Of a stretch of DNA of 64,000 bases, positions 40,906-54,570 are shown in pieces. Source of the DNA: Chiloscyllium plagiosum (taxonomy: Eukaryota); assembly GCF_004010195.1 (NCBI RefSeq), contig NC_057756.1, positions 3,330,653 to 3,394,652 on the forward strand. Reading direction: 5' to 3'. Each line of letters opens with the position of its first letter. Positions within the stretch are counted from its first letter, which is position 1. The translations under genes and the position numbers were made by a program. The notes under the pieces were generated by a model. That model searched no databases. It saw only the letters and a program-made list of their open reading frames with translations, and was not told the origin of the DNA.

Positions 40906-41809
40906 AAAAGGGTATTGCTAAATTGGAACAGCATTTCCTATGTCTATATCATGCGTAATAAGTTAGTGCTTGCGACCTTATTTCGATATATCTCCCCATG
41001 TGAAACTAATAAACCTTCCGGGCCTTTGCAATTTTATTCTGGAAGGTAAGTCATTAATTTATCTCAATGTTTGCCAACTTTCCCACTGCTCAATTTATGT
41101 TGAGCAATGTCTAATTAATAATCGTCTGAAATTGGTTCTTCACTCTAATCAGTAACACATTCGCCTTTTGTTTACCTTCCACATCAATAGACCCTTTGAA
41201 TATATTCGCACGACACACTGTGTGAGGTTTCTTTCATTCTGGAGACCTTATCAAGTAGTTCACCACACTCAATCTCCTTTCTATTTGATAAGGTCGACTA
41301 AACATTGCTTTTAAAGTTCACTTGACACTGGAAAGAGCACTTTATCTTCGATAGTAAAATTTCGGGTTTTTGATTTCTTATCTGCTTCCATTTCAATGCA
41401 TGCTGTCCCTTTTTTAAAATGGTGTCTCACCAACTACACCAATTTAAACGTTTCCTAAAATTTGACATCAAGTTCGAATATGTAGCCCCTGCATTTTGTA
41501 TCACTAATTTCTCCTTAATCAATTGCAGTGGTTCTCTCAGACGCTCAATACTCTTGAAGTAATGCTTCCATCAAATGCAACTAAACTTTACATTCTCAAG
41601 TATATGTGCTAACAAAAGCTGGCAAGCAGTCCTTATGCAACATCCAACAAGTTTGTACATTATGGGGCTGCGTTTTAGCATCTAGTGTGCTTTACATGAC
41701 CAATCCAGCAAAATTTGATGGCTTATCCTGTTTTCTTACATTTTTCTTCCCAGTATTTTTCCTACCCCATCAACAGTTTGATTTCATGTGGCCTACTCCA
41801 CTGTACTGA

Positions 41810-43500
41810 AAACACTGGAGATTTTTAACATCGTTTTCCGTTCGTGGGTGTTTTCTTGCCCTGTAGTAAGATATAGTTATGATCTTCACCGAAATCTAAA
41901 TTTATCTAATCAAGCGACGTTTTGCTCTTTTCCCCAGTTTCGATCCACCATGAATTGAAAGTGGTGTTCGAATACAATATTTGATTTCCGAACCAACTCA
42001 TAATCGCCAGGAATTCCAGCTGCTGATTGCAGATTTTTAACTCTCTGTTCTTCCACATGAATTCTCATAACTTCTGGAAGGGAATTTCGGAGCTTTTCCA
42101 AACTAAATGTCTTTCTAACAGCGTCATAGATTTGCTATACTTTTAATTCCATAACAAAATTATTTTGTTTCATCTATTCAAACTCAATACACGTTTGACC
42201 AGGGTCACTCCGCAGCTTCTTCAAACGCTGTCTAGATCCTTCTTGCACATGTTCATACACAATTAAGATGACATTCTTCACATCCACATTTATCCCCAAT
42301 TGCCTCCTCTGAAGTAATGCAAATACCTCGCAACCTCCAATTATATGCTTCTTTGGTTTCATCAAATCCCAGTTGGTCAATGACCACTTCATTTTTTGAG
42401 CTACCTTTTCAAATGTATTGAAAACATCTTCAACATGTTTGGCATCAAATTTAGGCAATTTTTCGATATGTCCAAACAAGTACCCACCAGGCTTTGGCGA
42501 CGATGGTTTTGCTCATCCTGACTATCTCCCTAACTATGCTTATCTTCTGTCTTTACCTCCATCCTTTTAAGCTAAATTTCTTCGCTAAACTACCAAATTC
42601 TAATGTTAAAGCTCTCACTCTCTTTTTCCTTCTCACCTTTCAGAAAATCCCCAAGGTCACTTCTTACTTATCCAGAAAATTGTTATAGCTTTAAAAGAAA
42701 CATTGCGACATCAAAGACTGTTTAGATCAATCAGAACAATAGCCACTCACGCCTACCACTCGCTGCCATTAAGTCCAACAATCCTAATGCCAAATTGTAA
42801 TTATATAATTCATTCCACCAAGAGACCCCAAGCTGTTATGACCCAGACCATACCCGCTCAAAATATTTAAAAAGGCAAGCCAGGGTCTAACTTTTTAAGT
42901 TGTTTTCGGCAGATGTAAGGTGGATATTAAATAAGTCGTGCAGCTGGTCAACCCACTTGGTTTCGAGCAAAATCGAATTTATTCACACCCCACTGAAAGA
43001 AACAGAAACAAAAAAAAAATGAATCGAGAGTAAGAACGATATGCAAACTCAACTGGCATGATATCTCCGCAACTTAACAAGGGAACTGTTCCAATTTCCT
43101 GCACATCCACATCTACATAAACCGTGGCAAAAAAAAAAAAAGATCTCACAGAAGGGATGTCAGGAAAAGATTGTCAGTCAGACACGTCTGCTTAATCAAG
43201 GAAACGTTTTTATTTTCCCAGCCATTTTCCTTGACCACATATTCGAACAGACTACTTGCTAAAACCAAACCAAACCAGGATCAATCCTGAAAAGGGAAAA
43301 CTGGCCACTCGTCTTTCATTGAACAAATGGTTTTGAAAAATCAAATGAAAAATCGCTTTCCTGATTGTTGCCTTCTGCAATATATTTTAGAGATGCGCAA
43401 AGTACCTTATCACAGAAAAAGTGGACATCTGCCTTTAACAATCCCTCTTTCAGAAATCCAAAGGCAACATAAACCTTTGAAAGAAGCAGTATCATCGCAT
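41810..43500 (-). mobile_element. Gmr1-like Gypsy 5' LTR (~42834-43500), PBS and gag fragment
   Basis: PBS-like tggggtctc next to the LTR end; LPKFDAKHVEDVFNTFEKVAQKMKWSLTNW...ILIVYEHVQEGSRQRLKKLRSDPGQTCIEFE. Confidence 0.75.
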
Positions 43501-45916
43501 CAGGCAAACCAACAAATGATTTAGACAAATTCCGTAGGGAGCAACATAAGCATAATGGTGAATAGAATGAAGAGATTCAGATAAAAGATCATCAATACTG
43601 CCATGTTCAATTGGAATATTGGCGGATAATCAAATGACTCATTGTAGGACGATGGTACGCAAATATCCCAGCATAACTGAGAACAAAACACTACACAAGT
43701 TCAAAAGAAGAATGTCCAAGCATTTGTACCAATTTTAAGCTAGAACCTCCGACAGGATGAATCATCTGACACTAATCCAATTGTCCGCAACATTTCTGAC
43801 ACCAGTCTTCAGCCAATTAAAACACTTCACGTGTTTTAAAAAAAATGTTTCGAGTTACTAGTTCTGCAAATACTTCGAGCCTTATCATTAATGAGAACAC
43901 AGGACACAAGGTTTGTGCACCAAAACTTACCACCAACCTAGCCACGCTGTTTGAATACAGTTGCATCATGAGCCTCTCATGCGGTAAGCAGTATTTGCCA
44001 CGTAATTCCAGTGATAAAAATGTAGGTCGGATCCACTCAAATCAATTGCCACCCCATTTGGCAACTTTTGTTCATCAGTTAAGCGTTTAAATCTGCGATA
44101 AAACAGCGCATGCTCAGCAATAACTTGCTCATTCTGCCAAACTTGTGGTATGTTGTACTCTACTCCTGGCGTTATTACAGCCTTGTTTCCACCATGGACA
44201 TAACTGTTTAATTTCGCCCATCCAAATCAAAGTCGGAATCGACCAACGCTGGCATAGAGGAGGCCGAGAAAAGCTATAATCAATAAGCATCAGCGGCAAA
44301 AGCGTTATTGTTCGGACCGAACTGGGGGACGACTTACCAGGGCTAAGCAATGGGGCACGGGTCAATGAGGCATAATCTGTCTGTGTTGCTCAGAGGAGAA
44401 TGGGGAAAAGGAGCTGAGCTTTACTCATTGCGATTCCACAGTTAGGAATCAGATAGTAGGTTTAGTGGAACGAGAGAGACTCACGATATTTTGTGTGTTG
44501 CCTCCCAGATGCCAGAGTTAGTGATGCTTCTGAAGGTGTTTTTGCGATCCTTGAGGTGGGGCGGGAGGTGCAGTTCCAAGTCGTGAGCCACACAGGCACC
44601 TACGACATATATCGGAAGAAAGGTGAGTATCTAAAGCAGAATTTCATGGAGCTACGTTGGAAGCTTCGACCTAGAACAAATAGAGTCGTTATCTTTGGTT
44701 TGTTGTCCATTCTTCATGCTCATGAAGTGAGGAACAGGGCGAGAGCGGAGAGGACCACATGCCTGCAAGGATGATGCCGGCCAGGAGAGGGGGGAAGTTG
44801 TATTCTTGCATAATTGGAGTTCTTTCTTGGGAAGGTGAGACATCGAAAAAAAAGATGGTCTCCACCTTAACCGGAGGGGTACGAATATCATCGGGTTGGG
44901 GTAGAATTTTCTAATGCTCTTCCGGGGAAAGGGATTCTGATTTGTAGTTCCAGTGTAGAGGAAGTTGAGGTAGTGAGGGCAGTGATTGGTTAACATGGTC
45001 ACGAGAAAGCACCTGCAATCAGGATGTCGGGTTAAAATGTGTATATTTCAATGCCAGGAGCATCATGAATAAGTTGGATGAACGTACAGAATGGTTTAGT
45101 ACCTGGGATTTCGATGCTGTGACCATTTCAGAGACATGGATAGATGAAAGACAGTAATGTTTGTTGCAGATTCCGGGATTTAGGTGGTTCAGTAAGAACA
45201 GAGAAGATGATAAAAGGTGTGTATGGATGACAGAGGTTGGTGGTAGAATGGAAATATTTATGCTGGAGCTCAGTTACCAGTGGTGTGCCGCAAGGATCTG
45301 TTTTAGTTCACTGTGGATTGTCATTTTTATAAATGATTTGGATGTGGGTGTAGAAGAATGGGTTCATAAGTTTGCGGATGACACGAAGGCAGGAACTATT
45401 TTGGATAGCGCCAAAGCATGTGGCAGGCTACAGAGGGACATAGACAAGATGCAAAGCTGGGATTAGAAGTGACAAATAGAGTTTAATATGGAGAAGTGTG
45501 AGGTAGTTCATTACCTAGAAGTAATCAGTGTGCAGTGTATTGGTCTAATGGTAATGTTCTTGGCACTGTTGCTGAATAGAGGGATCTTGGTGTCCAGGTG
45601 CAAAAATCCCTTACAGTTGCCATCCAGGTTCGTAGGGTACTTAAGCAGCCATATGGTGTGATTGCGTTAATTGATGCAGGCATTGATTTTCGGAGTCATG
45701 CGGTCATTCTTCAGCTTTACAAGACACTGATAAGGCCTCCTCCGGAGTACTGCATACAGGCCTTGTCATCACATTCGAGGAAGGATATGAAAGCATTGGG
45801 AAGGGTTCAGAAGAAAATTATTAGGATGTTGCCTGGCATGGAAAGAAGGTCTTAGGATGAAAGGCTGAGGGAACTGAGTCTGTGTCCGTTGGATAGGAGA
45901 AGTTTGAAAGTTGACT

Positions 45917-46640
45917 TAGAACATGGAACATAGAAAAATACAGCGCAGTACAGGCCCTTTGGCCCTCGATGTTGCGCTGATCCAAGCCCACCTAGCCCAC
46001 TATCCTCCATATGCATATCTAATGCCCGTTTAAATGCCCATAAAGAGGGAGAGTCTACCACTGCTACTGGCAGGGCATTCCATGAACTCACGACTCACTG
46101 AGTAAAGAATCTACCCCTAACATCTGTCCTATACCTACCACCCCTTAATTTAAAGCTATGCACCCTCGTAATAGCTGACTCCATACGTGGAAAAAGGTTC
46201 TCATGGTCAACCCTATCTAAACCCCTAATCATCTTGTACACCTCTATCAAGTCACCCCTAAACCTTCATTTCTCGAATGAAAACAGCCCCAAGTGCCTCA
46301 GCCTTTCCTCATACGATCTTCCTACCATACCAGGCAACATCCTGGTAAACCTCCTCTGCACCCGTTCCAGTGCCTCCACATCCTTCCTATAGTATGGCGA
46401 CCAAAACTGCACACAATACTCCAGATGCGGCCGCACCAGAGTCTTATACAACTGCAACATGACCTCAGGGCTCCAGAACTCAATTCCTCTACCAATATTA
46501 AGCCAGTACGCCATATGCCTTCTTCACCGCACTATTTACCTGAGTCGCAACTTTCAGAGATCTGTGTACATGGACACCAAGATCCCTCTGCTCATCCACA
46601 CTACCAAGTATCCGACCATTAGCCCAGTACCCCATCTACT
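45917..46640 (-). mobile_element. Young 5'-truncated CR1 nested in a CR1
   Basis: agaacatggaacatagaa tail; [52 protein letters not shown]. Confidence 0.92.
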
Positions 46641-46976
46641 CGAGACGCATAAGATAATCAGAAGTTTAATTATGGTGTACAATGAGAGACTCACGGATGC
46701 TGAAGGTTAATAAGAGTGGACAATGCTTTAAATTGAGGGTTGATCATATAGAACAGATATCGGGGTAGTTTCTCTACTCAGAGAGCAGTAGATGCGTGGA
46801 ACGGCCTGTCTGCCACAGTAGTAGACTCACCGACATTAAGCACATTTAAATGGTCATTGGGCATGCATTTGGATAAAAATTTAATGGTGTTAGTTAGAAT
46901 GGCATCGGATTCATTTCACAGGTCGGTACAACATATGGGCCAAAGCGTTTGTCCTGCACTTTAACGTTCTGTGCAA

Positions 46977-47115
46977 AAGAGAGTACTGCACACGCTGGAG
47001 AATAGAGTCGGAGTATGGTGCTGGAAAAACACAGCAAGTCAGACAGTTTCCAAATGAGTGACTTTCGCCCAAACCTTCGAATTTTCTGCTTCTCGGATGT
47101 TTTTCCAACACCACC
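46977..47115. mobile_element. Inverted PLE terminal fragment nested in the CR1 tail
   Basis: actgcacacgctggag...ggtgctggaaaaacacagcaagtcagacag (reverse terminus) followed by ctgcttctcggatgtttttccaacaccac (forward terminus). Confidence 0.6.
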
Positions 47116-50100
47116 TTCTTCGCATTACCATTCTATGTTCTGTATTCCATGGAGTCCTACCTTATTCAACCATAGGAGAATGGTTGTAGTTTTCAGAGGC
47201 CAGTCGGTTCAGCTCTCAGATGTCTCTGCAAGCGTTCCCCCTCGTAATTTCCTTTGCCAACCAACTGATTCGCTTCATCAATGACCTTTCTTATATCATA
47301 AGGTGAAAAGAGGCGTTTCAATTGAAAATTGCACAATGCTGAGTAAAATTCACGACTCGGCAGGTACTAAAACTGTTAATGTTCAAATGCAACAATATAG
47401 GAACAGGATACAGGCGGAGGTGAGCGGAGACAAGTAACATTTATGCTACATCAATGCCAGAAAATCACTATCTGCAATTTAAAAATATGTCCTTGGACAT
47501 TCAACGGGTTACCATCACTGAATTCCTAACAGTCAACAACCTGGGCTTTACCATTTCTGAAAAGGGCAAGTGGTATCGAAAGGTAACAGCTCGCAAGATT
47601 GGCATCCTCAAGCATCCAACCGATTCACCAGCAGCACACATGAGCAGCAGTTTTCATTATCTTCATGATCCATTTCAGGAAAGGATATTGTAGAAACTGA
47701 AGTAATCAAATGCTGATAAATCTGAAGGGCATAATAATCGATATCCAAGCGAACGTAATCACGTGGTCACGCACACAATGGATGTAATGTGGTAATTTCG
47801 CAAAATTCGATTAATAGAGTAACAGTTTCTATAAATTGGAGGTTACATAATTAAACTATTCCATTAAAAAAGGAATGTACACACATAATTGGCAAACACA
47901 GACCAGTCAGACTGGCGTCATCCATGGCTCAGTATTAGAGACCACGATAAAACTCCAATATCAGAAAACTTGGAAAAGCTTGGCAAGATTGGAGGAAGGC
48001 AGCATGGATCCTAGAAAGTAAATTCTTGCGCAAATGCACTGCGAAAATATAACAGGTTGGAATGTTGGTGAGTACCCCCTCGATCGCTTTTTCATTCTGG
48101 CACCAAGAAAATTGTATAAAGGTATAATTGCCGTTGTTTGCAAAAAGAACACTGATGAAACTCAGACGTCAGAGAAAAAAAAATGAAAATGTTCCCGAAT
48201 ATTTTGAAATATATTTCAGTCTGTTATTGGATACAATGGCGAAATACAAGAGATCTGATAAAGCTTGAAACAGTCATTAATACTCCAACTGTAACTCAAT
48301 GCAATCCGTTTGGACCCGTCACATTTCTGCGAACAAACAGATGCAAGTCTATCAGCACTACAAGCCTATTGAAACCGTCAGCACTCATCCACAAACTGAC
48401 TTTCAAATCGTGTTACCACTGCCAGAGCTGGCAGCTATCGTACCAAACCTCCAAATGCACATTTGACTCACCTTGCCATGAGTTCACATTCATTGTATTT
48501 TATAACAATTAAGACATTCCTGTCCAGCCCGGCCAACCTCAATCCACATATCTGGCAAAACTGACATTAGCTGAATATCAAACTTCAACACTGAAGCTGT
48601 CTTACAAAACTTCACAGTTTCCTGTACTGCTGAGTGAAACGACACTGACCTCGTAGCTTCCACGTCCATAACAGATCTTGGAACCATAGCGACCTTCAGA
48701 GCTGCTTCGCAGAAATGTTTTGTCAGATTGTTTGTACGCTCTGTCTTTCAGAAGAAACATTGATCAAGCTGTCCATTTCGAAATCTGTACCTCTAACCTT
48801 TGGAGAAAATAAGGGGCCGAATCGTAATCTAAGTGAGATTGTCACTATTTGCAAAATCCTGGTGAATACATGCTATTTACAATATTCAGGCGAATATGCA
48901 CGACAACTCAAGGGAAAATGTCATTCTTTTTTGGGGAGGCGGTTTAGTCCTGTTTTCTGTAATAGAAGCCGGTATGTCATCACAATTCCTTACCGTGCAG
49001 ACTGGGAGAATTCATTGCAGACAAACTCCATGACACTTCACTTTAAGTCATTGGCCGAGAAAAAAAACTGACCCATGTCTTCTGGTATTGTCCTCGGAAA
49101 TCATGTCTGCTTTCCCAAATGTTACAGGCCACATTTTGACATTGTATCAGTTTCTCATCTGCATTTCTAATTAACCCTTATGGCATGATTTGAATACATA
49201 ATCTTTGCAGCATGCATATGATGCTCTTCACAAGTGAGCTGGTATTGACATGTTAAAGTTCTGGCGTCACTGGCGACAGATTAGGCATAGGTTTTTAAAA
49301 ATAAATTCTCATTTCTTTCCTTCATCTTCACCCATTTTTAGATGTTCCTTCAGCATCTTTCCCATAATATATCCAACTGTACTTTTTTTTACCTTCTAGT
49401 CATCAACATCAAAAGACAATTTCTCCACGGACTATTTTTCATTACCTTATTATTTAATCAGTGTTTTTTTTTAATTGTGGTTCATGCCACACTAATTATT
49501 TTGGCAAGCAGGAGTACATGTTGAAGACGCATTGTGCTGTGCATTTTCGTAAAATGTTCCTGCATACTGGTTTGCAGTCTTCCATTGGTTTCCTTAGGTC
49601 ATTCACGCATTACTGACATAAAAGTTTTTTTTTTGTAAAAATCAAATGTTACTGAGGATTTCTTTGTACGTTCTTCACCACGTTCAATACGCCAAAATAG
49701 TAGCTTAATTCGTCAATTCAGTTTACTTTAAAAAATCACTATTAGGGCTCACATATGTTCAAGAGATTGTTTTTGATTTTTCAGTTCGTTCATCTCTTTG
49801 ACTTCAATGGATTTGTTCAATTTAACTCAACCATTTCCCCCCATTTTCATTTGATGCTCTTTCACTATTTATTTACTGATAGTAAAATTTAATCATCATT
49901 AGGTTCCATTAGTTACAATTATAACTGTTTTAGCGACTCTGGGAAAACCTTATAACCCAGAGTTTTTTTAAAAAAAGAGGCACGCTTTCTAAAGGCTTTT
50001 AAAACAGACGAACAGACGTGATTGCTATATGGTTTCAATATTCACGAGATTGTGATGATTTGTTCTTCACTAAAAATGCACATACAACTTTCACAAAAAC

Positions 50101-53100
50101 TTTCCCAATTATACTTGACTTCCTTCTTTCAAACTTATTGCAAATTTAAAATTGATATTAACCGACTCATATGTGTCAAATGTATTTTTGTTGACTCAGA
50201 ATTAATTTCTATCACATCTATTTACCACCAAGTTTATTTTCTTATTACAAATAAAAACAACTTATACTTTAGCGCTGGTTTTAAATAAAAACTTAAATAA
50301 TTTATATTATATGTCCTTTAGCATTCAATTGAATTTCCCTTTACGTGTTCGAACTGGCTGTTTGTATCAAGTTATTTTGTCTATCCAAACTTCAGAAATA
50401 ATTGCATCCAGAGTTAAAAAGTGTTGTTTTTTCCGGGGTTCCAATTATTGCCATCAGATTAGTTTGTCCTGAATGCAAATATTTTGCTTCCATAAGAACT
50501 GCACCACTCCCCCCCCCCCCTTGCTATATTCTTGAATCCTTTTCAGAAACAAAAAAAAAATCACACGCTCGGGATGATGCATTGCGATTTATTGATACTC
50601 AGCGTCGCAGAACCTACTACAGAACAGGCATATGACTTGGCTTACAACTGTCAACCATGTTAAAAAATATCTGTAATAATAAAACTGCTCATCTCAGAAT
50701 GGGCTGCGTTCACATCACTGAGTGACGTCATGTCACACTTCCATGTACTCAGTGTGAAAACTATCCACCGACGTTTAATAATACCTGATTGGCATTTTAA
50801 ATTTCGACATTTTTAAAGGAAGTACTTTCTCAGAAGCTGTATGAGCAGTACCTTCCTCACTATAAAATCGGAATACAAATGAGATGGCATCCAGAAAGTT
50901 TTATATGCTTCAAAACAACTGACAACTACTTCCACAGCATGAGTTTTCCAGCAGTTTAAAAATGAAAAACAATTTTTAAACTTAACAATGGAATACGATT
51001 TGAAAATCTTGAAATAATGATGTTTTTGTCCTACTCTTTTTTAGTTGCAGTGTTTTCAATCGATCGTAAAGAATGCCGTCCTTGTAACTGTCATCGTCAC
51101 ACTTTGTGAATGCAATCTTATATTCTTGAATGGCTTATTTAACTTCATTCGGGAAAAGGAAGTATTGATCGCTGTCTCAAATGTGCTGATGGGTTCTTCT
51201 GCTTTGTGCATCTTCCAACTCATATGTGATAATACTCACTGGATTTGTCTCAACACAGAGATGAAACTGTGAGAGAAACGCTGTCCACAATCATACCATG
51301 TTGTTGCAAGATAATAGTCCACGTTGCTGTCTGTTCATAGATTTCTTCGGACTTATTTTTATCCTCTAATAGAGAAACAGTCCATTCACCATCAGATTCA
51401 GATCAATATTAATTTGGTCCAGTCACAATATTGTTCGATCTGCATTCTTTTACTTGCTTTGGAAATTATGCTTGCCGGGTGGTAATCATGTTTACCTTGG
51501 AGCTCTTTTACCAAATCCCGCAGCTTTCGATTTTGTTTATTCAATTGTAAAGCGCAAAGGTGCCATCACGGGTTAATGTTTTATGTACAGTATCTAAGCC
51601 AATTGTTCTTTTCATGAGCTCTTCCGAAAGACTATTAAAAAGACACTGATAATTACTCTTCCATATTGCTACAATTTTCAGCACAGTGTCTGCTGCTGCT
51701 AATCCTTACTTTTCATTTAAATTATCTAAACATCGCATTTTCAATATGCCAGTGACATAATAACTTCAAATAGAAACTGCTGGTTATCATAGCTTTTGAA
51801 ATAAAAAAAACTATTTAAACGGTTACTACTGTTATACATTAGTTGGGTGGATATTAAAAAAAAACACAGCAATTTGGGTTGGTTCATTGATAGAAAAGGA
51901 AACTAGTTTTGGCACGAAATTTCTCTTCAACTCATGGAGGCCTCAGTCAAGGTGTTAGAAATCATGCCCGCAGTCTCCATCTTGATCTTTCTCATTGTTG
52001 AACATTTCACTCAAACATTCCTTGAGACTCACTTAACCGACTATAGGGTGATGTAAGGTTTCTTCCCTTCTTATCCTACATTGTAACCTTTTCGTACTCC
52101 AGAGGTGACCAGTTGTGGTGCTCTTCCACAGCTCAGTTGTTGCTTTCACTTTCACTGTGCACTGTGGGCTTTTTACCATCACCAGGATGAAAAGGTTTCC
52201 TGTTCTGCTGCAGTGTTCGTTCACGATACTAGTGCAAACATTACTATCACTATTCAACTGTGAGTCTCCTTAATATCTTCAAGGTGAAATGCGTTACTCT
52301 CCTCGCCCTAAACAACTGTGAGACTCTTCACAGTCCCAAACGTGAACTCGTGTCGGTCCTCTTTCTGTTCATTCGTGGGTCTCGTAAGCTCCTTGAGAAT
52401 GCACTAAGGACTAATGATTGCCCTCCTCACACACCGCAATTCACTCTTCTTCCTTAGTTCTTTTCGTACGACTACTTACTGCCTGGACTGCCTATGATGT
52501 AAATGATGATACATCTTCAACTGATGAAGACCAGAATGCTCCTAACCGACTGATGAATGACTCTCCTCGAAGTGCCAATTGTTTGGGAAAAAATAAACAG
52601 GAGACGGGGCCGTGTGTTTATCAGCACAAACTGATCGGTGTTGCACAGCTCTTTTCCATGCAGCATTGAAGAGGTCCCTGGAGACAATATGCAAAAAAGA
52701 ATCGAACCTCCTCCAATAAAAATTAAATTGTTGGAACATCACATTTTTGGTGCCCTTGTTGGAATACTTTTTCCATCGTTATGTTTGTTTGTTTTATAAT
52801 TCGCAAGAGTGATGCAATGTTGCATGTATCTATTTTGTATCATTTTGCATCTTTTAGAAATTAGTTATACTTTTTTATAATTCATGTAACTTATTGCTGT
52901 TTTACTCTGCCTGAATAATCAACGAGACATGGCATCTGCCAATTTGAATCTGACATTTCCATTTGACGATTTGGTTGACTTTTAATTGAGTATTTTGGAT
53001 ATAACGGTAAAATAAGATCAATCTATTCGTATGGCCCTCACTAATATGCCAATAAGTTAAGACAGAGATTTGCTTTTCCACAGCTCAGTCTGAAAGTCGT

Positions 53101-53292
53101 GGAAATGATTAGGTTTTGTACATTTACGTCATGGCAATTTAAAAGAAAAAATGTAATGGCTCAAGAAAGCGTTTACCTCAAGTGGCGAAAAAAACTTTCT
53201 CATTTTTGCTGCTCTGTTTATGAGCTATGTGAACCATTATTTATCTGCATACCATTATATAAATATGGATTTGCCTTCATCTGGCTGCTTCT

Positions 53293-53915
53293 TTTCCCCG
53301 TTTCTTTCTTTGTGAATGTGCCTTTACGTCATTATATGAAAGCGAAAATGATGAAATATTCAGCACGTGAGACAGAGGCAGATTGAGTTTTTGCACTGAT
53401 TTCTCTGCATGCGTTCCAAGCAGGATGCAATGTACTCACGTGCAAACTCGCCTGAGGACTTGCTCTGACTGCACACATGGTTACTTACAGTTGACAGGGT
53501 TCTTTTTTTGCAATAATAATGAAAAATGACTGCATGACAGGAATCAATCATCCTTCATTTTTCAATTAGACAGTATCATTATTAACAATGATATTTTCCC
53601 ATGTTTCTTTATTTGTGATTATGCCTTCGTGTGATTCTATGACAGCGACAGCGAAAGTGACGCACTGTTCGGCACGTGAGAGAGAGGCAGACTGAGATAT
53701 GTACTGGTTTCTCTGCGCGCATTCCAAACATGTGTTGTGGAAGGGCTAGATGCAAAGTACTCACGTGAAAACACAACTGAGGACATGCTCTTACTGTGTA
53801 CACGTTTACTTCATGTTGACCAGATTCTTCTCCTTTTTCACCAAAAATGAGAAGTGATTTCATGACCAGAATGAATAATCATTTTATTTTCAAAATTGGA
53901 CAACATTATTCACAA
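53293..53915. repeat. Old ~300-bp tandem duplication with conserved CACGTG motifs
   Basis: Units ~53293-53590 and ~53595-53915 align throughout (gcacgtgaga.agaggcaga.tgag; gatgcaa.gtactcacgtg.aaa; ctgaggac.tgctct.actg). Confidence 0.85.
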
Positions 53916-54570
53916 TCCGCAGCAAAAAAAACACATAACGATAGGACCTTCACTTAGCTGTTCCATTTATACGCTCAGCATTGTATTTATTCTGATGTTA
54001 CCAGAGGTTCAACGTTGGATGTATGAATATTCTTCTTTAAGATCCTGAGGTAGCTACTGAAGCGTAAGATTACATTTATAAGAAACTCACAACAACCTAC
54101 TGAGTACATTTTGCGGACACACGGCGATTTTGGAACCCTGGGTATTCTCAAGGGCAGACAAAAGTCATGATTAATGCAACGAGCTTAAGATGTTAAAAGA
54201 TCTGTTGAAAACAACATAATTTAAAATTACCGAAAAAGGATAGGCAAAGGTGAGATTCTGATGAAAGGTCGCAATCTTATTTCTTCAAATTAATTGATAA
54301 TCAGCTCTCCTTACAGTTATGCAGGAACTTATTTTGAAGTTATGCATGACGTGTATTTTGCAATGTAATTTTTAAAAAGTAGAGATGCAGAAAGTCAGTC
54401 TTCTTTTCACATATATCGATGATGTTCACAGTTGCAAACGAATGGTGAATACAATTTTGTGATTCTCTGATATGCGAATCCCTGCAATTGTTTTGTGAAT
54501 TTGCTGTACTTGGTGATGTAACTTCAGCAGAAATATTAATTTGCGTTTGCTTTTATGTGTGAATTCACAG

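Larger units (their letters stand above)
44370..47145 (+). mobile_element. Internally deleted CR1 LINE (ORF1 esterase, EN start, RT C-terminus)
   Basis: CCLPDARVSD...VVSHTGTYDI...RVVIFGLL; DGLHLNRRGTNII; FINDLDVGVEEWVHKFADDTK; LYKTLIRPPPEYCIQ. Confidence 0.85.
43600..47700 (+). mobile_element. Old CR1/L2-like LINE split by nested insertions (arms ~43600-44320 and ~47145-47700)
   Basis: KVCAPKLTTNLATLFEYS...IDQRWHRGGREKL.SISISGK on the left resumes as MESYL...RRMVVVFRGQS.QLSDVSASVP on the right. Confidence 0.6.

Noticed and set aside
49211..49233. 23-nt AG...gtgagc segment, the size of a TRIM linker exon
   Set aside because: Stop in phase 1 and no other TRIM exons in the window
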